Part shown: positions 39,166-49,191 of the stretch, piece by piece
Layout: each line of letters opens with the position of its first letter
Position numbering within the stretch: position 1 is the stretch's first letter
Assembly (NCBI GenBank): GCA_964603595.1
Contig: CAZRVN010000001.1
Location: 152,151 to 216,150 of the forward strand
Length of the DNA stretch: 64,000 bases
Direction: 5' to 3'
From: an uncultured Actinomycetota bacterium
Lineage (GTDB): Bacteria; Actinomycetota; Humimicrobiia; Humimicrobiales; Humimicrobiaceae
The notes under the pieces: generated by a model
The model's database searches: none
Seen by the model: only the letters and a program-made list of their open reading frames with translations
Told to the model about the DNA's origin: nothing
Translations under genes and position numbers: made by a program

Positions 39166-40329
39166 ATGAACTTTGAAGAATCTGATAGATTGAAATCGTT
39201 ACCTCCGTACCTTTTTGCCGAGATTGATAAGATTATAAATAAAAAGAGGGAAGAAGGCATGGATGTAATAAATCTTGGCATAGGAGACCCTGATATACCC
39301 ACTCCAGAAGGAGTTGTGGATGTCTTATGCAAAGAGGCCGGCAATCCTGAGAATCATAGATACCCTTCAAGCTATGGTTTAAAAATTTTCAAAGAATCAG
39401 TAGCAAAGTTTTATTATGAAAGATTTAATGTAGATCTTAATCCAGATAAGGAAGTAATACCTCTTATGGGTTCAAAAGAGGGCATATCTACCGTAGCATA
39501 TACATTTATAAACCCCGGGGATTATGCAATAATAACAGATCCTTCATATCTGGTATACAGGATAGGTACAATCTTTGCAGGAGCTGTGCCATATGCTATT
39601 CCATTAAAGAAAGAGAACAGTTACCTTTTTGATTTAAATAATATAGGCAGGGATATAGTTGATAAAGCAAAGGTGATATATTTTAATTATCCCAATAATC
39701 CAACCTCGGCAACCTGTGATATTAACTTTTTTAAAGAAGTTGCTTCCTTTGCAGAAAAAAATAATATAATAGTCTGCCACGACAATGCATACTCGGATAC
39801 CTATATGGGCGGTGAAAAACCTATGAGTTTCTTAAACGCTGATGTTTCAAAAAACACAGGGATAGAATTAAACTCACTTTCAAAGACATTTAATATGACA
39901 GGATGGAGGATAGGATATGCAGTAGGAAACCATGAAATGATAGAAAGCATTGGTAAATATAAGACCAATGTTGATTCGGGTGTGTTTAATGCAGTCCAGT
40001 ACGCTGCTGCTAAAGCGCTTGATAATTATAAAAAATATGCAGAACATAATAATGAGATTTACGATAGAAGAAGGAAAATGGTTAAAAAAGCACTTGATGA
40101 TATGGGAATTTATTATTACGATTCAAATGCTACCATATATGTGTGGGCTAGTGTCCCGTATGGATATACATCCGGGTCATTTTCAAAGATGTTGCTTGAA
40201 AAAGCAAATGTGGTAGTAACACCTGGAAGTGAATTTGGAAAATTTGGAGAAGGTTTCTTTAGAATATCGCTTACTATAAGCGATGGAAGATTAAAAGAAG
40301 CTTTAGATAGAATGGGGATTATTTTATAA
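39166..40329 (+). CDS. dapL: LL-diaminopimelate aminotransferase (class I PLP aminotransferase)
   Basis: N-terminal LPPYLFAEI motif typical of DapL; class I aminotransferase fold; adjacent to dapF. Confidence 0.7.
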   Translation: MNFEESDRLKSLPPYLFAEIDKIINKKREEGMDVINLGIGDPDIPTPEGVVDVLCKEAGNPENHRYPSSYGLKIFKESVAKFYYERFNVDLNPDKEVIPLMGSKEGISTVAYTFINPGDYAIITDPSYLVYRIGTIFAGAVPYAIPLKKENSYLFDLNNIGRDIVDKAKVIYFNYPNNPTSATCDINFFKEVASFAEKNNIIVCHDNAYSDTYMGGEKPMSFLNADVSKNTGIELNSLSKTFNMTGWRIGYAVGNHEMIESIGKYKTNVDSGVFNAVQYAAAKALDNYKKYAEHNNEIYDRRRKMVKKALDDMGIYYYDSNATIYVWASVPYGYTSGSFSKMLLEKANVVVTPGSEFGKFGEGFFRISLTISDGRLKEALDRMGIIL

Positions 40330-40385
40330 TATTAAAAAATTATTTTATATATTATGACTTTTATTAAACATCGTTTTTATTACAT

Positions 40386-41666
40386 ATGATTAAAGAGAAA
40401 GTTCTTTTAATCTTTACCAATTTTGATAGATTTAAAAAAGATATTAATGGAAAGCCAGCCAGATATGAGGATTTAAATGAAAATGCAGAAGAATTAAAAA
40501 ATCTTGCTATAAGTGCTGGCGCTGACGTTAAGGATGTCCTTCATTGGAAGGATAGAAAGCCGAATCCCAGATACTTTATTGGTACCGGCAAACTTGAGGA
40601 AGCTAAAAGTATTGTAAACGATAAAAAAATAGAACTTGTCATTTTTGACGATGAAATAACACCCACACAGCAGAGAAACCTTCAGCATAAACTTGATACC
40701 AAAGTTATTGATAGAACTGCTCTTATCCTTGATATTTTTGCACAGAGGGCACACAGCAGGGAAGGTAAACTTCAGGTTGAGTTAGCTCAATTAAATTACC
40801 TTCTGCCAAGATTAATAGGGAAGGGGATAGAGTTATCAAGATTAGGCGGAGGAATTGGAACAAGGGGTCCCGGTGAAACAAAACTTGAAGTGGACAGAAG
40901 AAAAATCAGGAAAAGGATAAGCCAGCTTGAAAAGAAAATAAATAAGATAGGTATTCAGAGAAATATACAGAGAAAAAAAAGAGAGGAAAGAAATGTTTTA
41001 AGCATAGCACTTGTAGGATACACGAATAGTGGAAAGACAACTTTACTCAATTCAACTACCAAATCTAATGCTTATGTGGAAAATCGTCTCTTTTCAACTC
41101 TTGATTCAACTACCAGAAAGATAAAAATACATTCAGGCCCCGAAGTCTTAATATCCGACACTGTTGGTTTTATAGAGAAGCTGCCACATCAATTAGTTGC
41201 TTCATTTAAATCAACCCTTGAAGAAGTTAAAAAATCAAATATTCTGCTTCTTATTGTTGACATTACCAAGCCCGATTATGAATGTGATATTTCAAGCGTA
41301 AAAGAAGTTTTAAGAGAAATCAATGCAGAAGATAAGCCCATTATAATGGTTTTTAATAAGATAGATAAAATAAGCTCCGAAAAGCTAAAAAGTGTAAAAT
41401 TTAGATATAAAGACGTGGTATTTATTTCTGCTCTAAAAAAGACTGGTTTTTCCTTTTTATATTCTAAGATAAGAGAAAGAATTGAAAAAAATTATGTAAA
41501 TATCGATGTAAAGGTACCCTATAATGATAATAAAACAATGTCTTTTATTTATAATAACTGCAATATCTTAAAAAGGACAGATAAAGAAGATAGCGCAATT
41601 TTTGATTTGAATATAAGCTTAAAAAACTGTTCTTTTCTTTCAAGATATATATATAGAAAAAAATGA
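40386..41666 (+). CDS. hflX: GTPase HflX
   Basis: HflX N-domain and the G1-G4 motifs (GYTNSGKTTL, DTVGF, NKID). Confidence 0.88.
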   Translation: MIKEKVLLIFTNFDRFKKDINGKPARYEDLNENAEELKNLAISAGADVKDVLHWKDRKPNPRYFIGTGKLEEAKSIVNDKKIELVIFDDEITPTQQRNLQHKLDTKVIDRTALILDIFAQRAHSREGKLQVELAQLNYLLPRLIGKGIELSRLGGGIGTRGPGETKLEVDRRKIRKRISQLEKKINKIGIQRNIQRKKREERNVLSIALVGYTNSGKTTLLNSTTKSNAYVENRLFSTLDSTTRKIKIHSGPEVLISDTVGFIEKLPHQLVASFKSTLEEVKKSNILLLIVDITKPDYECDISSVKEVLREINAEDKPIIMVFNKIDKISSEKLKSVKFRYKDVVFISALKKTGFSFLYSKIRERIEKNYVNIDVKVPYNDNKTMSFIYNNCNILKRTDKEDSAIFDLNISLKNCSFLSRYIYRKK

Positions 41667-41694
41667 TAAAAAAGAGGCAGTAGCAAACCAAGAA

Positions 41695-42324
41695 CTAAAA
41701 ATATTTCCTTATTACACCTATAACTTTTCCAAGTATTTTAACATCTTTTGCTATTATAGGTTCCATATAATCATTTTCAGGCATCAACTTTATCTTTTTA
41801 TCAACCTTAAAAAATCTTTTTACTGTTGCCTCGTCTTCAAGAAGAGCTACTATTATTTCCCCGTTTATAGCATTCTCCTGCTTTCTTACAACAATATAGT
41901 CCCTGTCCAATATTCCGGCATTAACCATACTGTCTCCTCTTACATGAAGAATAAAAACCTCTCTTTTCCCATTTACAAAATCTAATGTAAGAGGGAAATA
42001 ATCTTCTATATTTTCCTCTGCCAGTATTGGTCTGCCTGCTGCTATTCTTCCAACAACGGGAACATATACAATATTATTAATACCGGATTCATGTGTTTCA
42101 TCTTCCTGCCTGACAAGTACAGAAATAGCCCGCGGTTTTGATTGACTTCTTTTAAGATAGCCCTTTTCTTCAAGTTTTCTTAAATGTGAATGGACTGTAG
42201 CTGAAGAGCTTAGATTAACGGCCTTGGCTATTTCTCTAACAGATGGCGGATATCCGGATTCTTTTATTTTCTTATTAATAAACTTTAAAATTTTTTCCTG
42301 TCTGGACCCTATATTTTTATTCAT
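41695..42324 (-). CDS. lexA: LexA repressor (S24 peptidase)
   Basis: N-terminal winged HTH (SVREIAKAVNLSSSATVHSHLRKLEEKGYL), Ala-Gly cleavage region (AAGRP), and Ser/Lys catalytic region (GDSM). Confidence 0.9.
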   Translation of the reverse strand: MNKNIGSRQEKILKFINKKIKESGYPPSVREIAKAVNLSSSATVHSHLRKLEEKGYLKRSQSKPRAISVLVRQEDETHESGINNIVYVPVVGRIAAGRPILAEENIEDYFPLTLDFVNGKREVFILHVRGDSMVNAGILDRDYIVVRKQENAINGEIIVALLEDEATVKRFFKVDKKIKLMPENDYMEPIIAKDVKILGKVIGVIRKYF

Positions 42325-42391
42325 AGTTATCTATATAATTATAATCCATTTATAATATTTTTTTTATTATAACAAAAATATGGATATAAAA

Positions 42392-42405
42392 CAAACATAA
42401 GTTCG
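42392..42405. promoter_or_regulatory. Candidate LexA operator CAAACATAAGTTCG (Cheo-box-like) upstream of lexA
   Basis: Imperfect palindrome of the form AAC-N4-GTTCG, 68 bp upstream of the lexA start. The same 14-mer pattern recurs twice at 43632-43673. Confidence 0.5.
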
Positions 42406-42479
42406 CCCTTAATAAATCTATTTATATCTAATACTGCATATACATTTTCAATAATTCATTAACTATTTAAAATCCCTTT

Positions 42480-43481
42480 TTAGTCATCTTCTTTTTTTAT
42501 CCAGGTCATCATCTTCCTCAGATCTTTTCCCACTTTTTCTATAAGATGTTTTTCTTCCTTTTTCTTAATAGCATTGTATACAGGTCTACCGGCTTTGTTT
42601 TCAAGTATCCACTCCCGTGCAAAAGCACCGCTCTGTATATCAGCAAGTATTTTTTTCATATTTTTTCTTGTCTCTTTAGTAATAATTTCTTTTCCTTTTA
42701 CCATATCACCATATTCAGCAGTATCGCTTATAGAGTATCTCATCCAAGATATGCCACCCTCATATATCAAATCAACTATAAGCTTTAATTCACTTAAAAC
42801 CTCAAAATAGGCTATCTCAGGCTGATATCCTGCTTCAACAAGCGTATCAAAACCTGCCCTGACAAGTTCAGTAGTGCCACCACATAATACTGCCTGCTCA
42901 CCGAAAAGGTCTGTTTCCGTCTCCTCTTTAAAAGTAGTGGTAATTATACCAACTCTTCCGGCACCAAGCGCTTTGGCATAAGCAAGACAATAATCTTTTG
43001 CTTTTTTTGAATAGTCCTGGTAAACCGCAATAATTACAGGAACACCGCTGTCCTTCTCATACATCCTTCTTACAATGTGGCCCGGGCCCTTTGGTGCAAT
43101 CATTATAACATCAATATCTTCACGTGGAATAATCTGATTAAAATGAATATTAAAACCATGAGCAAAGCAGAGTACATTTCCTTTCTCAAGGTTAGGCTCT
43201 ATATATTTGTAGTAAATATCTTTCTGCAATGTATCAGGAACAAGAATCATTACTATATCAGCAATTTTTGATGCCTCATCAGCAGTATAAACCTTGAATC
43301 CTTTTTCTTTTGCTGAATTCCATGGCTTGCTGTTCTTAACTTCACCAACTACTACATCCATTCCGCTATCCCTCAAGTTCTGGGCATGTGCATGACCCTG
43401 ACTTCCATAACCAATTATGGCAATCTTTTTCCCTTTAAGTACATTTATATCAATGTCTCTATCGTAATGTATTTCTGCCAT
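42480..43481 (-). CDS. ilvC: Ketol-acid reductoisomerase (class I)
   Basis: [18 protein letters not shown]-binding motif and the expected length. Confidence 0.92.
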   Translation of the reverse strand: MAEIHYDRDIDINVLKGKKIAIIGYGSQGHAHAQNLRDSGMDVVVGEVKNSKPWNSAKEKGFKVYTADEASKIADIVMILVPDTLQKDIYYKYIEPNLEKGNVLCFAHGFNIHFNQIIPREDIDVIMIAPKGPGHIVRRMYEKDSGVPVIIAVYQDYSKKAKDYCLAYAKALGAGRVGIITTTFKEETETDLFGEQAVLCGGTTELVRAGFDTLVEAGYQPEIAYFEVLSELKLIVDLIYEGGISWMRYSISDTAEYGDMVKGKEIITKETRKNMKKILADIQSGAFAREWILENKAGRPVYNAIKKKEEKHLIEKVGKDLRKMMTWIKKEDD

Positions 43482-43631
43482 CTTTCCTCCTTATAAAATA
43501 TTTATAATTGTAGTAGTCAGTAGGGGACTACAAAAAGATAATACAGTAGTTATTCTAACAAATAATAAAAAAAAAGTTATATAAAATTTAAATTATTATA
43601 AAATAAATAAAATATTTTTTTCCTATTGACA

Positions 43632-43673
43632 CAAACATATGTTCGTAGTAACATATTAGCGAACAAGTGTTTG
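43632..43673. promoter_or_regulatory. Two candidate LexA boxes overlapping a TTGACA promoter, between ilvC and the yneA-like gene
   Basis: CAAACATATGTTCG at 43632-43645 and CGAACAAGTGTTTG at 43660-43673, whose reverse complement is CAAACACTTGTTCG. TTGACA at 43626-43631 lies immediately upstream. Confidence 0.5.
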
Positions 43674-43729
43674 TATCACAGTTAAATTTTTAATAATACT
43701 ATTTTTAATTAGAAAGCAAATAGGTAAAA

Positions 43730-44032
43730 TTGATAATATTAAAAAATAAAATAAAAAAAATCTTTCTTTACACTCTAATAATAATTGTTTCATTTCTTGT
43801 CCTTTCAGCGATATATTTTAATAGATATAAATTTGAAGGAGTCAATATAGTAAAATACACTATGGTAATCCTTGATAAAGGCACAAGCATCGAAGCGATT
43901 GCTGATGAATACACTGATGAAAAGAATAAAACTAAATTTGTAAGTGAAATAAAGAGAATCAACAATTTAGATTCTTGTGATTATATACCTGGAAATTCTA
44001 CTTTAATTATTCCTATAATTGAATCTGAATAG
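43730..44032 (+). CDS. YneA-like small membrane protein with a LysM-like domain (candidate SOS cell-division inhibitor)
   Basis: N-terminal TM helix followed by a LysM-like segment (YTMVILDKGTSIEAIADEY...IPGNSTLIIP). Candidate LexA boxes sit in its promoter. Confidence 0.5.
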   Translation: MIILKNKIKKIFLYTLIIIVSFLVLSAIYFNRYKFEGVNIVKYTMVILDKGTSIEAIADEYTDEKNKTKFVSEIKRINNLDSCDYIPGNSTLIIPIIESE

Positions 44033-44113
44033 TATAATTTATTAATATTCTAAATTTTAAAAGGATATAATTTCTATAAAAACTAACTCTATTTTTACTT
44101 TATTATAAAAATA

Positions 44114-44548
44114 ATGATTAAGTTAAAAATAAAATTAATTGACAAGTCGCTTCCTTTACCTAAATATGCACATAAAAGTGATGCCGGGATAGATATTTAC
44201 AGTTCTATCGATTGTGAATTAAAACCCTTTGAAAGAAAAAAAATACCAACAGGCATTAAAGTATCAATACCTGAAGGTTACGCAGGATTTATTCAACCAC
44301 GGTCAGGTTTAGCTTTTAAAAATGGTATAGGCATTGTTAATACACCAGGATTAATTGATTCAGGATACAGGGGTGAGATTTGTGTTATTTTAATAAATTA
44401 TGACTCTGTTAATAATTTCCATTTAAAAAAAGGTGATAAAATATGCCAGATGGTTATTAAAAGAATTGAGAAAGTTGATATAGAAATAGTTGATAAACTT
44501 GATAAAACTGACAGGGGAGAAGGAGGATTCGGCAGCAGCGGCCAATAG
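44114..44548 (+). CDS. dut: dUTP diphosphatase
   Basis: dUTPase motifs (AGIDIYS, GLIDSGYRGEI). Confidence 0.88.
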   Translation: MIKLKIKLIDKSLPLPKYAHKSDAGIDIYSSIDCELKPFERKKIPTGIKVSIPEGYAGFIQPRSGLAFKNGIGIVNTPGLIDSGYRGEICVILINYDSVNNFHLKKGDKICQMVIKRIEKVDIEIVDKLDKTDRGEGGFGSSGQ

Positions 44549-44826
44549 AAGTATATTCATATCATTCATTTAGAATGATTAATATTGAAAAATAATTGAT
44601 TAAAAAGATTAAAGTTATATTAAATATATAACTTCCGATAATATACATTATGTAAACTTTTGTAAATATAACTAAATTCTAATGTTTTCATATAAAAAAA
44701 GTTAAGATTACCCTTAGAGAATAAGTCTTTTTTGAATAATTTTTATAAATAATTGAATCCCTCCCCTATCTAAACATGTTCAGAATTATTTATAAAAAAT
44801 AAAAATAAAAAAAAATTTATAAAAAA

Positions 44827-45408
44827 TTATTTCTTAATTATTCTTGCAGGACAACCTGCAGCCATGCAGTTATCAGGAATAGAATCAAGAACAACAGAAT
44901 TTGCTCCTATTGTTGAATTATTACCAATCTTTATTGGTCCTGCAATAGTAACATTTGAATAAATAATAACATTATCACCTATAACAGGATAACCAGGATC
45001 ACCGTGATGGAAAATTGAATGCCCTACACCACCAAGAACAACATTAGAAAAAATACTTACGTTTTTCCCAATCCTTACACCTCTTCCTATAATAACTCCA
45101 GAAGAATGCCATATCCTTAATCCAGAGCCAATTTTAGCACCCGGGTCTAATTCTACTCCATTCAAGAAAAAATTTACTCTACATAAGATTTCTGCAAGTA
45201 ACATTAATCTAATTTTATAGAGTAAACGATAAAACCTGTAAAATATAAGGGCCTGGACACCTGGCTTAACCAGTATTATTCTTATCGCACCCAATACAGT
45301 AGGTTTCCCTTTTATTGTGCCGTATTTACTGAATAATCTTCTTATATCACCTTTTAAGCTACCGCTATCCTTTTTTATTCTACTTTTTTTTATATTTTTT
45401 TTATTCAT
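44827..45408 (-). CDS. Serine O-acetyltransferase-like hexapeptide-repeat acetyltransferase
   Basis: Left-handed beta-helix hexapeptide repeats (IGRGVRIGKNVSI, VIGDNVIIYSNVTIAG). Confidence 0.65.
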   Translation of the reverse strand: MNKKNIKKSRIKKDSGSLKGDIRRLFSKYGTIKGKPTVLGAIRIILVKPGVQALIFYRFYRLLYKIRLMLLAEILCRVNFFLNGVELDPGAKIGSGLRIWHSSGVIIGRGVRIGKNVSIFSNVVLGGVGHSIFHHGDPGYPVIGDNVIIYSNVTIAGPIKIGNNSTIGANSVVLDSIPDNCMAAGCPARIIKK

Positions 45409-45553
45409 GAATTATTTATTATCTTTTTAATGATTTAAAAATTTAGATTTTATAAAAAAATTAACGGGAGAAAACAAATGAAAAAAGTTAAACTTATATA
45501 TATAGTATTTAAAATACAATTTCTAATATTATATCCTGAATCTTTAAAAGAGA

Positions 45554-45913
45554 TTACTTATTTATATATTTAAACAGTAAGCTGTGATAATCTTTCTTGT
45601 AAAACAATTTTATGTTAATTTCCGGATATAATTCTCTTAATTTTTTTATCTTGTAATTTTTCTTTGTTACTAGTTTCTGATTAAGTGTTGTAAGCTCTAT
45701 ATAAATATCCATGTCATTAAGATAAAAATCAGGAGTAAAACTTAAACCAGGATTACCTTCCCTATCAACTTCAAGTACAAATGTCCTTGGTTCATACTCC
45801 CATCTTATCTTATAGAAATCCAGTATTTTACTAAATTCTCTTTCGCTTGTATGAGCAAACTTTATTTCTTTACTATCTGTAACTTCTTTTAAATTTAATG
45901 CACTTTTTTCCAT
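45554..45913 (-). CDS. Hypothetical protein (119 aa), possibly a restriction-endonuclease-like fold
   Basis: ORF lying 25 nt downstream of the MerR-like gene. Weak PD-(D/E)xK-like pattern (TPDF ... DIYIEL). Confidence 0.4.
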   Translation of the reverse strand: MEKSALNLKEVTDSKEIKFAHTSEREFSKILDFYKIRWEYEPRTFVLEVDREGNPGLSFTPDFYLNDMDIYIELTTLNQKLVTKKNYKIKKLRELYPEINIKLFYKKDYHSLLFKYINK

Positions 45914-45938
45914 AATTATAATTAAACCCCCAGCTATA

Positions 45939-46439
45939 TCATTTGCCTTTTTCTCTGTAAAACAAATCGTTTTCTATTATTTCTCCCCCTCTATTTTTTC
46001 TAAATAAATATTTTTCTATATCTCCACTTAAATCTGAATATACTTTTCCCAGAGCAATACCAAAAACTCCCTGACCGCTTCTTAAAGTATCTATTATTTC
46101 ATTATCAGAATTACATGCGTAAATAGTATTTCCATCTGATATTAAAGTTAGTTTTAGCAGACTATTACTTCCATTAAATCCGTCGTATTCATCAAGATAT
46201 TTCTTTGTTTTTCTAAGTTTCTGCAGGCTTATACCCGCTTCAAGTAATTTCTTAATAACTTTGAGCTTCATAAGATCATTAAAGCTATACATTCTCCTGC
46301 TTCCATACCCCTCTGCTTCACTAGCAGATGGTTTTATGAAATCTGTACGGTCATAATAATCAAGCTGTTTGTAAGTAATGCCGATTATTTTACATGCTTC
46401 ACTGGAGCCATATATTTTTTTTATTACATAATCTTTCAT
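45939..46439 (-). CDS. MerR-family transcriptional regulator with an unknown C-terminal domain
   Basis: MerR HTH and dimerisation helix (ACKIIGITYKQLDYYDRTDFIKPS...RMYSFNDLMKLKVIKKLLEAGISLQKL). Confidence 0.65.
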   Translation of the reverse strand: MKDYVIKKIYGSSEACKIIGITYKQLDYYDRTDFIKPSASEAEGYGSRRMYSFNDLMKLKVIKKLLEAGISLQKLRKTKKYLDEYDGFNGSNSLLKLTLISDGNTIYACNSDNEIIDTLRSGQGVFGIALGKVYSDLSGDIEKYLFRKNRGGEIIENDLFYREKGK

Positions 46440-46481
46440 TTTACCTGTATATTAGTTCTAATTATTAAAAGCTTACCTTAC

Positions 46482-46512
46482 TGTAATTATAATTACATCC
46501 GTGTAATTACAT
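46482..46512. promoter_or_regulatory. Perfect 16-bp palindrome TGTAATTATAATTACA plus a further TGTAATTACA half-site repeat upstream of the MerR-like gene
   Basis: Palindrome at 46482-46497, TGTAATTACA at 46503-46512, TGTAATT again at 46517. These lie 40-80 bp upstream of the regulator's start. Confidence 0.45.
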
Positions 46513-46707
46513 CAATGTAATTTTAAAATTTAAAAAGAGTAAAGTCAACATAAAAATATTTAGAAAATAACAATTTTAAGGAATTTATAAAGAAATAATT
46601 TAGAGAAGTTAATAAAGAATTTTTTAATGTAAAGAAAATTTATAAAATATTCAGAATAGTTATAAATTAATTATAAATAAAAAAAATAAATAAGAATTTA
46701 GCAGTTT

Positions 46708-47208
46708 TTATTTTTTATTAAAATCTTCTGGTTTTACGTGATTTAGAAATTTTTTAAACTTCTTTACTTCTTCATCTATTGATTGTATCTCAAGACCACC
46801 TGATTCAAGGACATGCTCTGCAGCAAAAATATCACATTTAATTCTAACAGCAGTGGCAATTGCATCGGATGGCCTGGAATCAACTCTTATAATCTTTTCA
46901 TCCGTATTTTTTAAATTTATTATTGCATAGAAAGTATTATCTCTGATATCAGTTATCTCAATATTATCAATGCTAATTTTTAGATTATTGATAATGTTAA
47001 TTATTAAATCATGAGTCATCGGACGCGGTGTTTTTATATTTGACATCTCAAGTGCTATAGAAGAAGCTTCATATGGCCCTATCCAGATAGGTAAATACCT
47101 GTTACCTCTCTCCTCTTTTAAAAGAAGTATTGGCTTTTGTGAGGGCATTTCTATTCTTACACCTTCAAGCTTCATTTTTATTAAATTATTATTTTTTTTA
47201 TTTTTCAT
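46708..47208 (-). CDS. Bifunctional nuclease family protein (DUF151/BFN)
   Basis: Similarity to the DUF151 core (RPMTHDLI, RPSDAIA). Confidence 0.7.
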   Translation of the reverse strand: MKNKKNNNLIKMKLEGVRIEMPSQKPILLLKEERGNRYLPIWIGPYEASSIALEMSNIKTPRPMTHDLIINIINNLKISIDNIEITDIRDNTFYAIINLKNTDEKIIRVDSRPSDAIATAVRIKCDIFAAEHVLESGGLEIQSIDEEVKKFKKFLNHVKPEDFNKK

Positions 47209-47380
47209 TTTCTAATTCTCTAATTCTCTGAAGGAAAATTTAATATTAAATTTAATTATATAATACATATCAATTAAAAAATAACACCCGTTTTTTTATA
47301 TATTATATGTTATAACTTTGGAATATCTTAAATCAAGTTATTACAGGAAATTAATTAAAAATATTAATTAATCAAGATGC

Positions 47381-47983
47381 TTATACATTTGAACTGCTTT
47401 TTAATGATTCTACATCTTTTTTTACAGTATCTAACTTTAATTCATATACTGAACTTATATTTCTAAATTTTTGCTTATAATCAAGGCCATAACCTACTAT
47501 ATACTTCTCACCTATTTTAAATCCTATATATCTTATATGTATATCTGATATTCTCCTTATGTCCCTGTCAAGAAGAGTGCATAATTCGATACTTTTGGGA
47601 AGCCTTGACCTTAAATTTCTTAAAAGGTAACTTATAGTGAGCCCTGTATCAATAATATCTTCAACTATCAATACGTCCTTGCCTTCTATTGATTCATCAA
47701 GGTCTTTTGTAATTCTAACCACGCCTGTTGATGTATCATCAATTCCGTATTTAGATATACTTATAAAATCAATACTTAAAGGAAGGTCAATCTGCTTGAT
47801 TAAGTCAGATAAAAAAATGACCCCTCCCCTTAAAACACTAATAAGGAGCAGGTCTTTATTTTTATAATCTGCAGTTATGTCTCTTCCCAGATCGGAAACC
47901 CTTTTTCTAATATCCTCGCTACTAAATAATTCCTTACCCAGTATATTATTTTTTATAAGTTCTTTTTCAGTATTTTTGTTCAA
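47381..47983 (-). CDS. hpt: Hypoxanthine-guanine phosphoribosyltransferase
   Basis: PRPP-binding motif VLIVEDIIDTGLT. Confidence 0.85.
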   Translation of the reverse strand: MNKNTEKELIKNNILGKELFSSEDIRKRVSDLGRDITADYKNKDLLLISVLRGGVIFLSDLIKQIDLPLSIDFISISKYGIDDTSTGVVRITKDLDESIEGKDVLIVEDIIDTGLTISYLLRNLRSRLPKSIELCTLLDRDIRRISDIHIRYIGFKIGEKYIVGYGLDYKQKFRNISSVYELKLDTVKKDVESLKSSSNV

Positions 47984-48013
47984 GATAAAATTAATATAAT
48001 TAAATTTATATTA

Positions 48014-49171
48014 TTAATATGAAAGTTTTCCTTCGCTCTGAACAATTGCTACCCAGGTTGAGCCCCTGTTAAATAATACTATATTACCTTCGCCGTCCCT
48101 GAATAAAAACGGGTCAAAGACAGAGTTTCTCTCCCAGGTTCCCTCTATTACATTTCCATCCATAAAGAAAAATGCCTTACTATTGTCACTTGTTCCAGTT
48201 GTCCTCACAACCATATGGCCGTACTGGTCAATGGGCCCATCTATATTGGTTATCATTACAATAACGTTATTTACTGCAATTTGATTACCTGTCTCATAAT
48301 CTTTATGAGGAGTTCCTGCTATGTATTTTAGGTATTCATTACTTTCTCTATCATAACTGAAATCAACTCTATAGTTTTCATAAGAGAAATCTATAGTCAC
48401 ATCTGTAATATCGCCTTTCTCAGAATCAACAGCATCTATCTTAAATCTCAAAGGAGATTGCCCACCTTCAAGAGAGTATCCATAACCAGATGCATCCTCT
48501 TTAATCCCCACAGTAGACATAAATGCGGTGTGTTCTGTAATATTACTCCTGCTGGTATCTCTCCATCCTGAGTCCGTATATGGTACATAGGCATCGCTGT
48601 TTGCATCAAGAACGTCCATATCCATTGTCTTTATAACATCATATGCTTCAGGATAAGTTCCCCAGAATATATATATCGGGTCAAAACTTCTGGCTATTTC
48701 GGCATAATATATTCTTGCACTTCTTACAGGACCTATAATTTCGGCATCATTAGAGGAATAAACAGCTACATACCTGGTTACGCCTCCCTCGTCTACAACC
48801 TCAAAAACTATATCAGCATAAATAAGCCCTGATTGTGGTCTTGAATCCGGGCTGTTTTCAACCATTATTGCTAAAGGCCTGCTGTCGCTTACCGTATCAG
48901 AAATTCCCAGACCGCTTAAAATGTTAATATTACCTGTTATCTCCACTCCGTTAACACTATCTTCTCCATCTTCTACCGTTGTTCCTTTCCCTCCTTCGTC
49001 ATCATTTTCTTTATCTACACCTTCTCCATTATCTGAAATACCCGGCTCAATCTCATCACTGGTTTTATTTCCACAACCGGAAAGACCTGTAATAAGAATA
49101 ACTGAAATAATTAAAAGCACTGTTACAGTAATTAATAAAAAACTATTTGTTTTATTCTTTTTAAAACTCAA
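48014..49171 (-). CDS. DUF3048 (YerB-like) lipoprotein
   Basis: Lipobox LSGCG and a DUF3048-like core (PQSGLIYADIVFEVVDEGGVTRY). Confidence 0.7.
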   Translation of the reverse strand: MSFKKNKTNSFLLITVTVLLIISVILITGLSGCGNKTSDEIEPGISDNGEGVDKENDDEGGKGTTVEDGEDSVNGVEITGNINILSGLGISDTVSDSRPLAIMVENSPDSRPQSGLIYADIVFEVVDEGGVTRYVAVYSSNDAEIIGPVRSARIYYAEIARSFDPIYIFWGTYPEAYDVIKTMDMDVLDANSDAYVPYTDSGWRDTSRSNITEHTAFMSTVGIKEDASGYGYSLEGGQSPLRFKIDAVDSEKGDITDVTIDFSYENYRVDFSYDRESNEYLKYIAGTPHKDYETGNQIAVNNVIVMITNIDGPIDQYGHMVVRTTGTSDNSKAFFFMDGNVIEGTWERNSVFDPFLFRDGEGNIVLFNRGSTWVAIVQSEGKLSY

Positions 49172-49191
49172 TTTGATTTACCTCCACTTTT

